Shown here piece after piece: positions 28,402 to 37,602 of a DNA stretch of 56,666 bases; position 1 is the first letter of the stretch, and the number at the start of each line of letters is the position of its first letter. The stretch is from Deltaproteobacteria bacterium. GTDB taxonomy: Bacteria; Bdellovibrionota_C; UBA2361; SZUA-149; JAITKM01. The DNA lies in NCBI GenBank assembly GCA_031278395.1, contig JAITKM010000013.1:1-56666 (forward strand), written 5' to 3'. The position numbers and the translations under genes are program-made. The notes under the pieces were generated by a model. The model saw only the letters and a program-made list of their open reading frames with translations. It was not told where the DNA came from and made no database searches.

Positions 28402-29853
28402 TCAGCTAGTTAAGGCAATTTCTTTGAAAAAGGCGAGAATATCTTCAATTTCATTGAGTGTAAGCTCAGGAGTTAATTTTTTAGAAATGTCCTGAAGGGA
28501 ATTTGTAGCATCCAGAAGTTTGGCGACTTTAATTTCATTTGGGGTAAGTTTAACATATTCATGACGATAATTAGTTATCCAGTCTTGAGTTTCAAGCTGA
28601 ATTTTTACGTAAGGCGAGATAGGTTTCTTATCTGTCGAGCAGCTTAGATACAGATCTAATAGTTCTTGTTTAAATAATTTAAAAAGCTCTTCTTTAACTG
28701 AAGTTTCGAGAGTCATTCCTACTAATGGAGCTAGGCTTTTTATTTCTCTAGGGTTAGGCCATTCTTGAATTACAAATTTTAAAATTTCTTGAGTTACTTT
28801 ATTGCGGATGCTAACTTTTACACCTTGTGCGTCGTAAAAATATGTTTCACCAAAATTGTCCGACTCAAAAACAAGCTTGGAGCTAAGATAGCAATCTTCA
28901 ATTATGTCTAAATTTGGTTTACGATTTATTAGGGCTTCATTTTTACAAAAAAGAGTTCCGCGAAATGCAGTAGCTTGACAGAAATCCGCCTCTTGCTCAC
29001 AAGTTTCAATAAAATCATCGCTGTAAACTTCGGGATTCTTATTAAGATCTAAGTAGTTAATTCTGTTTAATTTACTATCGCCTAGGTATTTTAAACCGAA
29101 ACTTTTAATATGCTCAGTTAGTTCTTGAAAATAGAACGCTTGATTATGTTCTGCTAGAAGTTCGTAAAATATATAACCGTCACTTTGTTGCAGAATGTGA
29201 TTAATTTCAAAATTTAACCTTGCGGCTTGAAAGGGTAGGTGTTTGTTTTTAAAATTGTAATTTAAAAGAAAGTCACGAATTTCTTGAAGGTTTGTCTGGG
29301 TTGGAACAGATAAATTAGAAAATTTATTTTGTAGTTCATGTCTTAAGAAATTCCGAACTTCGAAGCCTGGTAGCACATTATAGCTAATGTAACAAACGCC
29401 GTTTGAGGCAAGTTGAGACGAGCAGATTTGCAAAATACTATCTTGGGTTGCAGTTGGAACCCAAGAGAAAACTCCATGAACTAGAATATAGTCAAAATCC
29501 TTCTGAGTTTGGCTTTGCCAGAGATGTTGTTCAGTCTGATTAAGATCTTGAGCAATAAATTTAATATTTTTTAGGTTTAAGCTTTGGACATGCTGGTTAG
29601 CAATAGCAATTTGTTCTTTAGAAATATCAACCCCGATAAATGAGCTATTTGGATTACTTAAAGCAACTGGAATTAAGTTACTTCCTGTTCCGCAGCCAAG
29701 CTCTAAAATTACTGCATTTTGACTTAAGAGCTTCGCTTTTAAACCAAATAATCTGGCAATTAAACACAACCTGTCAGGGTGTTTATCGTAGCTAGGTTTT
29801 GATATGTAGTTTAATTTGTTATCTATTTCTGGTATGGGGTTACTTTTAGACAT
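28402..29853 (-). CDS. Class I SAM-dependent methyltransferase with C-terminal extension
   Basis: 483 aa. Motif I VILELGCGTGSNLIPVA and the post-I acidic residue (GVDIS). About 300 aa of C-terminal unknown domain. The first 30 nt of the CDS (ATGTCTAAAAGTAACCCCATACCAGAAATA) are a copy of the repeat-element terminus. Confidence 0.7.
   Translation of the reverse strand: MSKSNPIPEIDNKLNYISKPSYDKHPDRLCLIARLFGLKAKLLSQNAVILELGCGTGSNLIPVALSNPNSSFIGVDISKEQIAIANQHVQSLNLKNIKFIAQDLNQTEQHLWQSQTQKDFDYILVHGVFSWVPTATQDSILQICSSQLASNGVCYISYNVLPGFEVRNFLRHELQNKFSNLSVPTQTNLQEIRDFLLNYNFKNKHLPFQAARLNFEINHILQQSDGYIFYELLAEHNQAFYFQELTEHIKSFGLKYLGDSKLNRINYLDLNKNPEVYSDDFIETCEQEADFCQATAFRGTLFCKNEALINRKPNLDIIEDCYLSSKLVFESDNFGETYFYDAQGVKVSIRNKVTQEILKFVIQEWPNPREIKSLAPLVGMTLETSVKEELFKLFKQELLDLYLSCSTDKKPISPYVKIQLETQDWITNYRHEYVKLTPNEIKVAKLLDATNSLQDISKKLTPELTLNEIEDILAFFKEIALTS
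29826..29847. repeat. Element terminus (TATTTCTGGTATGGGGTTACTTTT) overlapping the 5' end of the methyltransferase CDS
   Basis: Read directly. Its reverse complement encodes residues 2-10 (SKSNPIPEI) of the 28402..29853 protein. Confidence 0.7.
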
Positions 29854-29910
29854 AAATTTAAATAGAAATTCTTTTAAAAAATAAACGATAAGAATAAATT
29901 TTAACTATTC

Positions 29911-29978
29911 ACTAACTTACCTCCCTCCCTGCATTTTTTACTCCGCAAGCAAAAATGCAGGGAGGGAGGTAAGTTAGT
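29911..29978. promoter_or_regulatory. Perfect 28-bp inverted repeat with 12-nt loop (ACTAACTTACCTCCCTCCCTGCATTTTT-TACTCCGCAAGC-AAAAATGCAGGGAGGGAGGTAAGTTAGT)
   Basis: Read directly. It has a GC-rich core in an AT-rich divergent intergenic region, 58 bp from the minus-strand methyltransferase start and 140 bp from the plus-strand methyltransferase-GT8 start. Confidence 0.6.
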
Positions 29979-30117
29979 ATCTCAATGATTCCGCTCTCAG
30001 CGTCTATATATGTAAAAACTATGTAACAAAAGACTTTTTATAATTATTTTGCATCAAAGGTTGTAGTATTAAATCTAGTTTTTAGCATAATTCTATAAAA
30101 TTTTATCAAATTTAAAA

Positions 30118-31827
30118 ATGAAATTTATTCAATCAACTTCAACAGAAGAACAAATTCTTAATCGGCTCAATCCAGAATATATTCAGTATTCTGAAATGCA
30201 GCCTTTAGAACGAAGTTTTTTAAATACGCTTGTTTTAAGACATAAGCCTAAAAGAATATTAGAACTTGGAGTTTCAGCCGGTAGCTCCGCTGTGCTTATT
30301 TTGAATGCGCTTCAAGAAATTCCTGGTTCTAAACTCTATTCAATTGATTACAGCAGTAGTTTGTATAGAGACTTAACTAAACACGTAGGCTTTACAGTTG
30401 ATAACTATCCAGAACTAAAGCAAAACTGGCAACTTTTAACCAACGGACTAGCTTGCAAGTTTATAGATAATCTGGAGGAAAGTTTTGATTTTTGCTTTAT
30501 CGATACCGTGCATAAAGTTCCAGGCGAAATACTGGACTTCTTATTAGTTTTCCCATACCTCAAACAAAATGCAGTGATTGTTCTACACGATACTAACTTA
30601 CATACTATTAATAACTGCTATAATGATTTGAATAGTAACAATATGCTCATCAGTGCGATTAGTGGTGAGAAACTAGTCCCTAATTATGACCGTTATCTAG
30701 GTATGAGATTTGCCAATATTGCTGGAGTTATTCTTAATGAACAACAACAAGAAAATATTTGGGACATTTTTAATCTTTTACTCCAGCCCTGGAAATATAT
30801 GCCATCCGGCATAAACCTTAACAATATTAGAAAATATTTAGCCCAACACTATACTGATTATTTTTGCAACTTCTTTGATCGAGTAGTGAATTATCAAATC
30901 TCAAAGGCTAGTTGTAACCTAAACACAGAAATTTTATATATTCCCAAGCGCGCTCCTGCTACCCACAACACAGCTGCCGTAACTACTCAAGAACTAGACG
31001 AGCTACCTCCTTGTGTTATGGATATATTTTTTGCTGCTGATAATAATTATTCTCAATCCATGTGCGTTGCTTTAACCTCTATTCTAGTTAATTCTCGCCA
31101 AGAAGAAAATTTTAATTTTTATATCTTAGATGGCGGTATTCAAGTTGAAAATAAGCAAAAGATTGAAGAAATAAAAAATATTAAATCTTGTAATATCGAA
31201 TTTATTACAATTGATGGTTCGCTTTTTGATAATTGTCCTCTTGTCTCTGACTGTAGTCATATATCTAAAACAACCTATTACCGCTATTTAATTCCTGTCT
31301 TAAAACCAGAAATTCAGAAATGTCTTTACTTAGACTGCGACCTTGTAGTTGAAAACAGTTTAAGAGATTTGTGGGATACTTTTTTAGGAGATAATTACGC
31401 TGCCGTGATTGAAGACCGTGATCCGATAAATAATAGCAAACGTCTTAAAACAAAGGACTATTTTAATGCCGGTGTTATGTTGATTAACAACCAACAGTGG
31501 ATTAAGAACAATATTACTGAGGTCTTATTTAAAACAACAGTCGAGATGGAAGAACAAGGACTGATTAAATTTGTTGATCAAGATGTTTTAAATAAAGTCT
31601 TTGATAAACGTATCTTATTTATCCATCCCAAATATAATCTGCTAACATGCTCAATTTTTAAAACTAAATCGTTAAATTATCTGAACCGAGAGTTAGAGGA
31701 GGCACAAACTCAACCGATAGTTATCCATTATGCCAGCAATGTGAAACCATGGATTCAAAGTTGCTATCCACCATTTGGTCAGCGCTATTTTGAATATTTA
31801 AATTTAACGCCTTACCGGATTAATTAA
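30118..31827 (+). CDS. Bifunctional class I SAM-methyltransferase (TylF/CmcI-like) / family-8 glycosyltransferase fusion
   Basis: 569 aa. N-terminal RILELGVSAGSSAV...FDFCFIDTVHK (O-methyltransferase-like). C-terminal GT8 signatures DIFFAADNNY...YLDCDLVV...YFNAGVMLIN, as in LPS alpha-1,3-glycosyltransferases. Confidence 0.7.
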   Translation: MKFIQSTSTEEQILNRLNPEYIQYSEMQPLERSFLNTLVLRHKPKRILELGVSAGSSAVLILNALQEIPGSKLYSIDYSSSLYRDLTKHVGFTVDNYPELKQNWQLLTNGLACKFIDNLEESFDFCFIDTVHKVPGEILDFLLVFPYLKQNAVIVLHDTNLHTINNCYNDLNSNNMLISAISGEKLVPNYDRYLGMRFANIAGVILNEQQQENIWDIFNLLLQPWKYMPSGINLNNIRKYLAQHYTDYFCNFFDRVVNYQISKASCNLNTEILYIPKRAPATHNTAAVTTQELDELPPCVMDIFFAADNNYSQSMCVALTSILVNSRQEENFNFYILDGGIQVENKQKIEEIKNIKSCNIEFITIDGSLFDNCPLVSDCSHISKTTYYRYLIPVLKPEIQKCLYLDCDLVVENSLRDLWDTFLGDNYAAVIEDRDPINNSKRLKTKDYFNAGVMLINNQQWIKNNITEVLFKTTVEMEEQGLIKFVDQDVLNKVFDKRILFIHPKYNLLTCSIFKTKSLNYLNRELEEAQTQPIVIHYASNVKPWIQSCYPPFGQRYFEYLNLTPYRIN

Positions 31828-31854
31828 AAACAAAAAATTTTGGCTGATTAAAAT

Positions 31855-32748
31855 ATGGAACAAATAAAAGTTAGTATCATTATTCCAGTTTATAATACAG
31901 GGTTATATTTAGATAAATGTTTAATCTCAATCATTAGGCAAACCTTAAAAGAAATAGAAATTATTTGTGTCAATGATTGTTCAACCGATAATAGTTTAGA
32001 AATTTTAAAATACTATGCTGAATTAGATACGCGTATAAAAATTATTGATTTACCTCAAAATGTAGGTATTTCAGCCGTCAGAAACAGTGGGCTACTTGCA
32101 GCTAGTGGTGAATATATTGGTTTTGTTGATTCTGACGATTATATCTCTCCGGGGTATTTTGAAATATTATGGAAAACAGCCCAAAAAGAAAATTGTGAAG
32201 TCTCTTGTTGCAACCAGTTTATTTATATTTTTCCCAAGCAGCTAGAATTTTCTTCCTCAGTTCTAGCGCCAGGAATTTATGAAGTTAATAGCAGATTGTT
32301 GGAGCTTAATAGTATTGCGGTAATGGTTTGGACAAAAATTTTTAAGAAGTCCTTAATTGATAAAGTGCAATTAGAATTTCCTGTTGGCTTAATTCACGAG
32401 GACGTCTATTGGCACTACTGTATTATGCCTTACGTTTCAAAACTAACTGTTATCACAGACGTCAAGTGTTTGTATTTTTATCGTCAACATATAAATTCTT
32501 TGATGGCTAGAGAAAAAGAAGAGAAAGGCGATTCCTTTGATATCTGGCTGGTTATTTTTGATAAAATTTTTCAATTCTATAAGGCGCAGGGCTTGCTCGA
32601 AAAATTTTCTTTACCATTTCAGCTTATTTGTTTCTACAAGCAAGAACAGCAATTAAATAAAATACGTGATCTTGTTAGCGGTTACTTACCAGATATTAAA
32701 AAAACTGACCACCGGGCAATGGGCTTTTTGAATCAATTAGGTCTTTGA
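31855..32748 (+). CDS. Family-2 glycosyltransferase
   Basis: 297 aa. VSIIIPVYNTGLYLDKCLISI...VNDCSTDNS...DSDD motifs typical of GT2. Confidence 0.85.
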   Translation: MEQIKVSIIIPVYNTGLYLDKCLISIIRQTLKEIEIICVNDCSTDNSLEILKYYAELDTRIKIIDLPQNVGISAVRNSGLLAASGEYIGFVDSDDYISPGYFEILWKTAQKENCEVSCCNQFIYIFPKQLEFSSSVLAPGIYEVNSRLLELNSIAVMVWTKIFKKSLIDKVQLEFPVGLIHEDVYWHYCIMPYVSKLTVITDVKCLYFYRQHINSLMAREKEEKGDSFDIWLVIFDKIFQFYKAQGLLEKFSLPFQLICFYKQEQQLNKIRDLVSGYLPDIKKTDHRAMGFLNQLGL

Positions 32749-32759
32749 TAGTTTAAATT

Positions 32760-34427
32760 TTAAAGACGAACTTTTGATTCATACAAATCTAACAAATCAT
32801 TTTCATACAAAATTACATCTTCTGGTTTGGCATTAGCGGCGACCCAAGTTTTTACTTCTTTTGCAGTATCAAGCTTAACCAGTTTTTGTTGGCTTAAATC
32901 TGCGGTGGATTTAAAACCATCAATTAAACTTTTTATTCTCTTAGGAATAACAGCAACCAAAACATCTGCAACTCGACCTATTTCTTGACCCACAGTAAAA
33001 TGCTCTTGTTCATGAATTTCTCCTAACTCCACCATGCCCGGTGTAACTAAAATACGTCTCCCCTTAGGTCGTTTTAAGATATTTAACACGCCAAGTGCTG
33101 AACGAAATCCAACAGGGTTAGAATTATAAATATCGTCGATAACTATGGCGGTATTAGGGTTACGCAAAACTTCCAGACGATGTTGAATCTGCGGCATAGT
33201 TTTTAAACTTGCTACAATTGTTTCCGGCGCAATACCTAAAATTGTAGACATCACAAACGCTTCAGCAATATTAGTTATTTGATGTAAGCCGTAAATAGGA
33301 CATTGCAGTTCGTAAACCTCTCCATTTAATTCTAACTTAAATGTAACTCCATCAACAGTTAGTTTTTCATCTGAAATGATACAAGTCTGATAATCTGGAT
33401 CTTTCTTACGCGCTACTAAAATGACGTCTTTTTGACTCCTCGCAGTAAAATGCTCAATATATTTTCTATCAACTAGCTCGGCGTTAATTACCAGTTTTCC
33501 ACCTTTTTTAAAGACTGCCTCAGCTAACTCAAACTTAGTTTGAGCTATAGTTTCTTGGCTTTTAAAACGTTCAAAGTGCATTTTTCCAACAGCAGTGATA
33601 ATCCCATATGTCGGCGGCGTGAGATTACAAATTCGTTCTATTGATCCACGTCCATATGCTCCCATTTCAGAAACAAAAAACTTATGTTCAGGTTTTAATT
33701 TTTCGCGAATAACCCTCGTAATTCCCATCGGGGTATTAATTCCGCCAGCTGGAAAAAAAATCGGGACTGATGATGATGTAATATGTGACAAGATATGTTT
33801 AGTAGAAGTTTTGCCGTAAGAACCTGTAATACCAATAATAGTTGGGTTAATCCGAGCTAATTTTTCTTTGGCTTCAGTTAAGAATTTATTTTGTGACCAC
33901 TTTTCTAATGGAGATAGAAGAATATTAGAAAGGACTAACATCAGCGGAGTCAGCTGGGTCAAAATAATAAATGAGCTAATTGGGCAAATAATTACAAAAG
34001 GCGAATTTAGAAAATTAAATGGTAAGTGCAGATAAATCACAACAGCTAAAAGCAGCACATAAAGTAAGCCAAAGACACTTAAAATACGCTTAACGCGAGC
34101 AGTCTGCACTAAGGCTTTTCTGGCGTTTTTAGCTAGTTTTAATTGTAAAAAGAAAAATACAATTAAAGTTAGAAAGATTATTAAATAAAACAAATCGATT
34201 AGATTAATTAGACTTAGATTGCTCTGAAAATGTTGAGCTATAAAAGCTAGGATACCAAGCAGTAACAAAACCACTGTTAATTTTTTATCAACTAATCTTA
34301 AGTTTCTAAAAGTAAAATTTAAAAAACGAATATTGTTATATTCGTCTTGTTGAAAGAAAATCATCAAAAGTTTAGCCCGCGCAAATAAGAAAACTAAAAA
34401 AGTAATTGTAACTATTATAATCGGCAT
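32760..34427 (-). CDS. murF: MurF-like Mur ligase with N-terminal polytopic membrane domain
   Basis: 555 aa. Residues ~1-175 are about 5 predicted TM helices. This is followed by Mur ligase central (GITGSYGKTSTK) and C-terminal domains, with the MurF-type DDIYNSNP motif. Confidence 0.55.
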   Translation of the reverse strand: MPIIIVTITFLVFLFARAKLLMIFFQQDEYNNIRFLNFTFRNLRLVDKKLTVVLLLLGILAFIAQHFQSNLSLINLIDLFYLIIFLTLIVFFFLQLKLAKNARKALVQTARVKRILSVFGLLYVLLLAVVIYLHLPFNFLNSPFVIICPISSFIILTQLTPLMLVLSNILLSPLEKWSQNKFLTEAKEKLARINPTIIGITGSYGKTSTKHILSHITSSSVPIFFPAGGINTPMGITRVIREKLKPEHKFFVSEMGAYGRGSIERICNLTPPTYGIITAVGKMHFERFKSQETIAQTKFELAEAVFKKGGKLVINAELVDRKYIEHFTARSQKDVILVARKKDPDYQTCIISDEKLTVDGVTFKLELNGEVYELQCPIYGLHQITNIAEAFVMSTILGIAPETIVASLKTMPQIQHRLEVLRNPNTAIVIDDIYNSNPVGFRSALGVLNILKRPKGRRILVTPGMVELGEIHEQEHFTVGQEIGRVADVLVAVIPKRIKSLIDGFKSTADLSQQKLVKLDTAKEVKTWVAANAKPEDVILYENDLLDLYESKVRL

Positions 34428-34429
34428 GG

Positions 34430-35188
34430 TTAGCTCTCCTTTGAATGATTGATAAAATCGTTTATTAAATTTTGCACTTGAAAACGAGCAGAGGTCAAAA
34501 TTGTGTTATGGTCAATATCGTCCAGCAGAACTAATTTTGCCTTTTTAATTAACTCTGCATACTCACTTCCCATATACGGCGGTGTAACGGTATCTAGATT
34601 TCCATAAATAATAAGCGCTGGACAAGATACTTTATTTGTATATTCGTAGATAGTTTCATTAGCAGCTTTAATTAAGATTCGTCGCATTATGCCGCTAGTA
34701 TTATTATAATCTGAACTACCGACTAGCCCTCCAAAACGTTCTCTTAAATTTAAGCCTGTTATTTTTTCAAATAGCTTAGCTATAGGTGTTAGATGTTTAA
34801 TAATAAAAATTTTAATTTTTAAGAAAAAGTTACGCTTAACTTTCATGCCAGCCGCCGCCAATAATACAATGCCAGCTACATTTTTAGGATACTCATTTGC
34901 CAAAACGACCGACAGTTTTCCACCAAACGAATGCCCAATAAAATAGGTTGGTTTCTCTTCCAAAGTCGCTAGCCAATCATGTATAGCTTGAGCGTATTCC
35001 TGCACACCCCAAATGCTATCTGGTGTAGTTGATTCTCCAAAGCCTGGCAAGTCCAACACATAATTTTCAAACTCCGAACAAAAATAGTCCGCCAGCGGCA
35101 TTAGCCAACGGTGATTATTCCCCCAGCCATGCAACCAGACTAGTCGTTTAGTTTTTGGTTCAGTATGTAATGCTTTGCTAAAAATCAT
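34430..35188 (-). CDS. Alpha/beta-fold hydrolase
   Basis: 252 aa. Nucleophile elbow GHSFGG and an HGW oxyanion region (VWLHGWGNN). Confidence 0.7.
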   Translation of the reverse strand: MIFSKALHTEPKTKRLVWLHGWGNNHRWLMPLADYFCSEFENYVLDLPGFGESTTPDSIWGVQEYAQAIHDWLATLEEKPTYFIGHSFGGKLSVVLANEYPKNVAGIVLLAAAGMKVKRNFFLKIKIFIIKHLTPIAKLFEKITGLNLRERFGGLVGSSDYNNTSGIMRRILIKAANETIYEYTNKVSCPALIIYGNLDTVTPPYMGSEYAELIKKAKLVLLDDIDHNTILTSARFQVQNLINDFINHSKES

Positions 35189-35429
35189 ATATATAAAGTC
35201 TTTATTTTTAATTTTTCATTCTTGTCATTGGGAGTAGTGGCAATTGAAGTTTGCATTTAAGTCAGCTAATGTTACTTAAAATAATAGTCGATAGTTAATT
35301 CTAAAAAGAAACGCAATGCTCTAACATATAAAGACTGAAAAATCAATTTTTTAGGGAGATTTTATAAATTTATATCTTGCGTAATTATATTGATTACCAT
35401 AAACCCCGTTATAAATTATTAGAAATTTT

Positions 35430-36488
35430 TTGAATATTATGAGAAATTTATTTTTAACTATTTTATTATTACTCATTGTTTCGCTTAGTTCGCTTACTGC
35501 TTGTAATAAGCAAGAACAGGCAAAATCTGGAATTATTGTGCCTGTTGTTGGTTTAACTATTACTGGCGAAAAACTTCAAAACGCCATAACGATTGTAGGT
35601 AATCTTCAAGCTAACGAAGACGTCATTATTAAATCAGAAATTACTGGAAACGTGGAGAAAATAAACTTTGAAGAAGGACAAACTGTTAAAAAGGGAACAC
35701 TTCTGATTCAAGTTGACCACAAAAATTTAAATTCCGAAATGGAACAGGCGCAAGCTAATTTTAATCTAGCTGATGCAAACTTGAAACGGAGTAAAGAGTT
35801 ATTTGAAAATAAAACTATTTCATCGCAAGCATATGATCAAGCGTTTGCTCAATATAAAGCAACTCAAGCTACTTTAAACAAAACTAAACAACAACTCGAT
35901 AAGGCTTCTATTGTTGCGCCATTTGACGGAATTATGGGGGCGCGTAAAGTCAGCCCTGGTCAATATGTTAGTAATAATGACACGCTAACTTCAATTAGTA
36001 GTGTGAACCCTATCAAATTAGAGTTCAATCTGGCTGAACGTTATTTAAGTAAAATTAGTCTTGGACAAAAAGTTGAAGTTTCAACTGCTGCCTTTGACAA
36101 ACAGATTTTTACTGGCGAAACTTTTTTTATTGCCCCAAGTGTTGATGTTCAAACTCGGACAGTTTTGGCTAAAGCAAAGATTGATAATGCTGTTCTACTT
36201 CTAAAACCAGGGATGTTTTCGCGTGTTAAGCTAATCTTAGAAGAAAAAGAGAATGCAATTTTAATTCCGAGTTCTGCAATTATCAACCGAGAAGATAAAT
36301 CTTCCGTGTTTGTAGTATCCGAGGATGGTATAGCAAATTATAGAGATATTACATTGGGTATTGAATATAATGATAAAATTGAGGTTACTTCTGGATTAAA
36401 AATCGGCGAGACTATCATAACTGAAGGAATAGTGAAACTTCAGCCCGGCATGCTCACACGTATATCATATCAGGTATCTGATTCTTAG
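35430..36488 (+). CDS. Efflux RND transporter periplasmic adaptor subunit (HlyD/MFP family), orphan
   Basis: 352 aa. Lipoprotein-type signal (LTAC). Biotinyl-lipoyl-like and beta-barrel motifs (IVAPFDGIMGARKVSPGQYV). No pump gene is adjacent. Confidence 0.8.
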   Translation: MNIMRNLFLTILLLLIVSLSSLTACNKQEQAKSGIIVPVVGLTITGEKLQNAITIVGNLQANEDVIIKSEITGNVEKINFEEGQTVKKGTLLIQVDHKNLNSEMEQAQANFNLADANLKRSKELFENKTISSQAYDQAFAQYKATQATLNKTKQQLDKASIVAPFDGIMGARKVSPGQYVSNNDTLTSISSVNPIKLEFNLAERYLSKISLGQKVEVSTAAFDKQIFTGETFFIAPSVDVQTRTVLAKAKIDNAVLLLKPGMFSRVKLILEEKENAILIPSSAIINREDKSSVFVVSEDGIANYRDITLGIEYNDKIEVTSGLKIGETIITEGIVKLQPGMLTRISYQVSDS

Positions 36489-36596
36489 TGTATACTAAGT
36501 TAGTTTCCTAAAATTCCTTCATCCAAGCATTAGGTTCTAATTCAAAAGTGTGAGATATAGGTTTTCTTCGGCTAGGTTATTAATGATTTTTTGGAG

Positions 36597-37505
36597 TTAA
36601 CTTAGCTTCTTGATTACTGTGATTTGATTTCCCTTTGAGTTGAAAAGGACTAGATCAAAAATTTGTCTAATAATAGTTAAACCTCGTTTAGTGATTTTTA
36701 ACATGTCCATTGGAGAATTATCTAATTCTTCGATAATCTTAGCCCAATCAAAACCACAGCCAGGGTCAGTCGTGGTAATAACAATATTCTTTTCTTCAAG
36801 TTCAATCTTGATTGTAATAATTAGATTCTTATCACTAGATATTTGCGACTGCTTTTTAATAAAAGCCTCCAACTGACCATCTTCACAAAGTTTTAACTTT
36901 TCTTCAGAGTTTAAACCAAAAGAACCATGTTCCAACGCATTACGTAAGATTTCTTGTAACCCTAAACGAATATAATTAAACTCGTTCTTGTGTATTGTAT
37001 AAACAAAGAAAGAAGTTAGAATTTTATAAGCATGTTTTATTGCTTCTGAGCTACTTTCTATTTCAAGGGTTATATTAGCTTTTCGTAAAGGCACATTTAC
37101 ATTTGTCTGATTTTCTAAGATTACCCTACGACTTTGTTTTATAATTGCAATCACCTGATTAAACTCAGTAAGATTGAACGGCTTCTTTAAATTATAAGCC
37201 GGATAATTTAACAAACACTCAATTAAAGTTTGGTTTGGTTCAGTAGCAATTAGAATCACAAAAGGTTGATCTTTTCTATTCTTAATCAATAAAAGAAAAT
37301 CAGGAAGTTCTTTGATCCTATCAGTATCAACAATAATCAGGTCAAAAGTTGAACTTGTAAGCTCACGATATGCGTTATTTAAATCCCGTACAAACGAACA
37401 ATCACTAAGCTGGTTCTTAAGTAGGTTACCTATAATAGTTGGCTTTAGGTCTTCTTCTAACCCAATAACTAGGACTTTTTGTTTACTTTGCTCTTGAAGT
37501 TCCAC
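36597..37505 (-). CDS. Response-regulator receiver domain fused to GHKL ATPase (anti-sigma-factor/RsbW-like kinase) domain
   Basis: 302 aa. The REC domain has acidic pocket (LEED), phospho-acceptor D (DLIIVDTD), T (IATEP) and K (LKKP). The C-terminal domain has HATPase_c-like N-box (LQEILRNALEHG) and G-box (ITTTDPGCGFD). Confidence 0.5.
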   Translation of the reverse strand: MELQEQSKQKVLVIGLEEDLKPTIIGNLLKNQLSDCSFVRDLNNAYRELTSSTFDLIIVDTDRIKELPDFLLLIKNRKDQPFVILIATEPNQTLIECLLNYPAYNLKKPFNLTEFNQVIAIIKQSRRVILENQTNVNVPLRKANITLEIESSSEAIKHAYKILTSFFVYTIHKNEFNYIRLGLQEILRNALEHGSFGLNSEEKLKLCEDGQLEAFIKKQSQISSDKNLIITIKIELEEKNIVITTTDPGCGFDWAKIIEELDNSPMDMLKITKRGLTIIRQIFDLVLFNSKGNQITVIKKLS

Positions 37506-37559
37506 TTGACTCTTATCGACACAATTTTGTAACTCCTTGAAAGATTAAGAAAACTTATA

Positions 37560-37597
37560 AATTATATATACAAATCTAGATTATATATACAAATCTA
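37560..37597. repeat. Tandem 19-bp direct repeat (AATTATATATACAAATCTA / GATTATATATACAAATCTA) upstream of the REC-GHKL gene
   Basis: Read directly. It lies between the pgpA stop and the REC-GHKL start. Confidence 0.7.
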
Positions 37598-37602
37598 AAA
37601 CC

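Noticed and set aside
29911-29978. Integron attC site or intrinsic terminator
   Set aside because: attC sites are imperfect, with extrahelical bases, and lie next to cassettes and intI. This palindrome is perfect and there is no integrase. Neither strand has a U-run after the stem, and the flanking genes diverge from it rather than converge.
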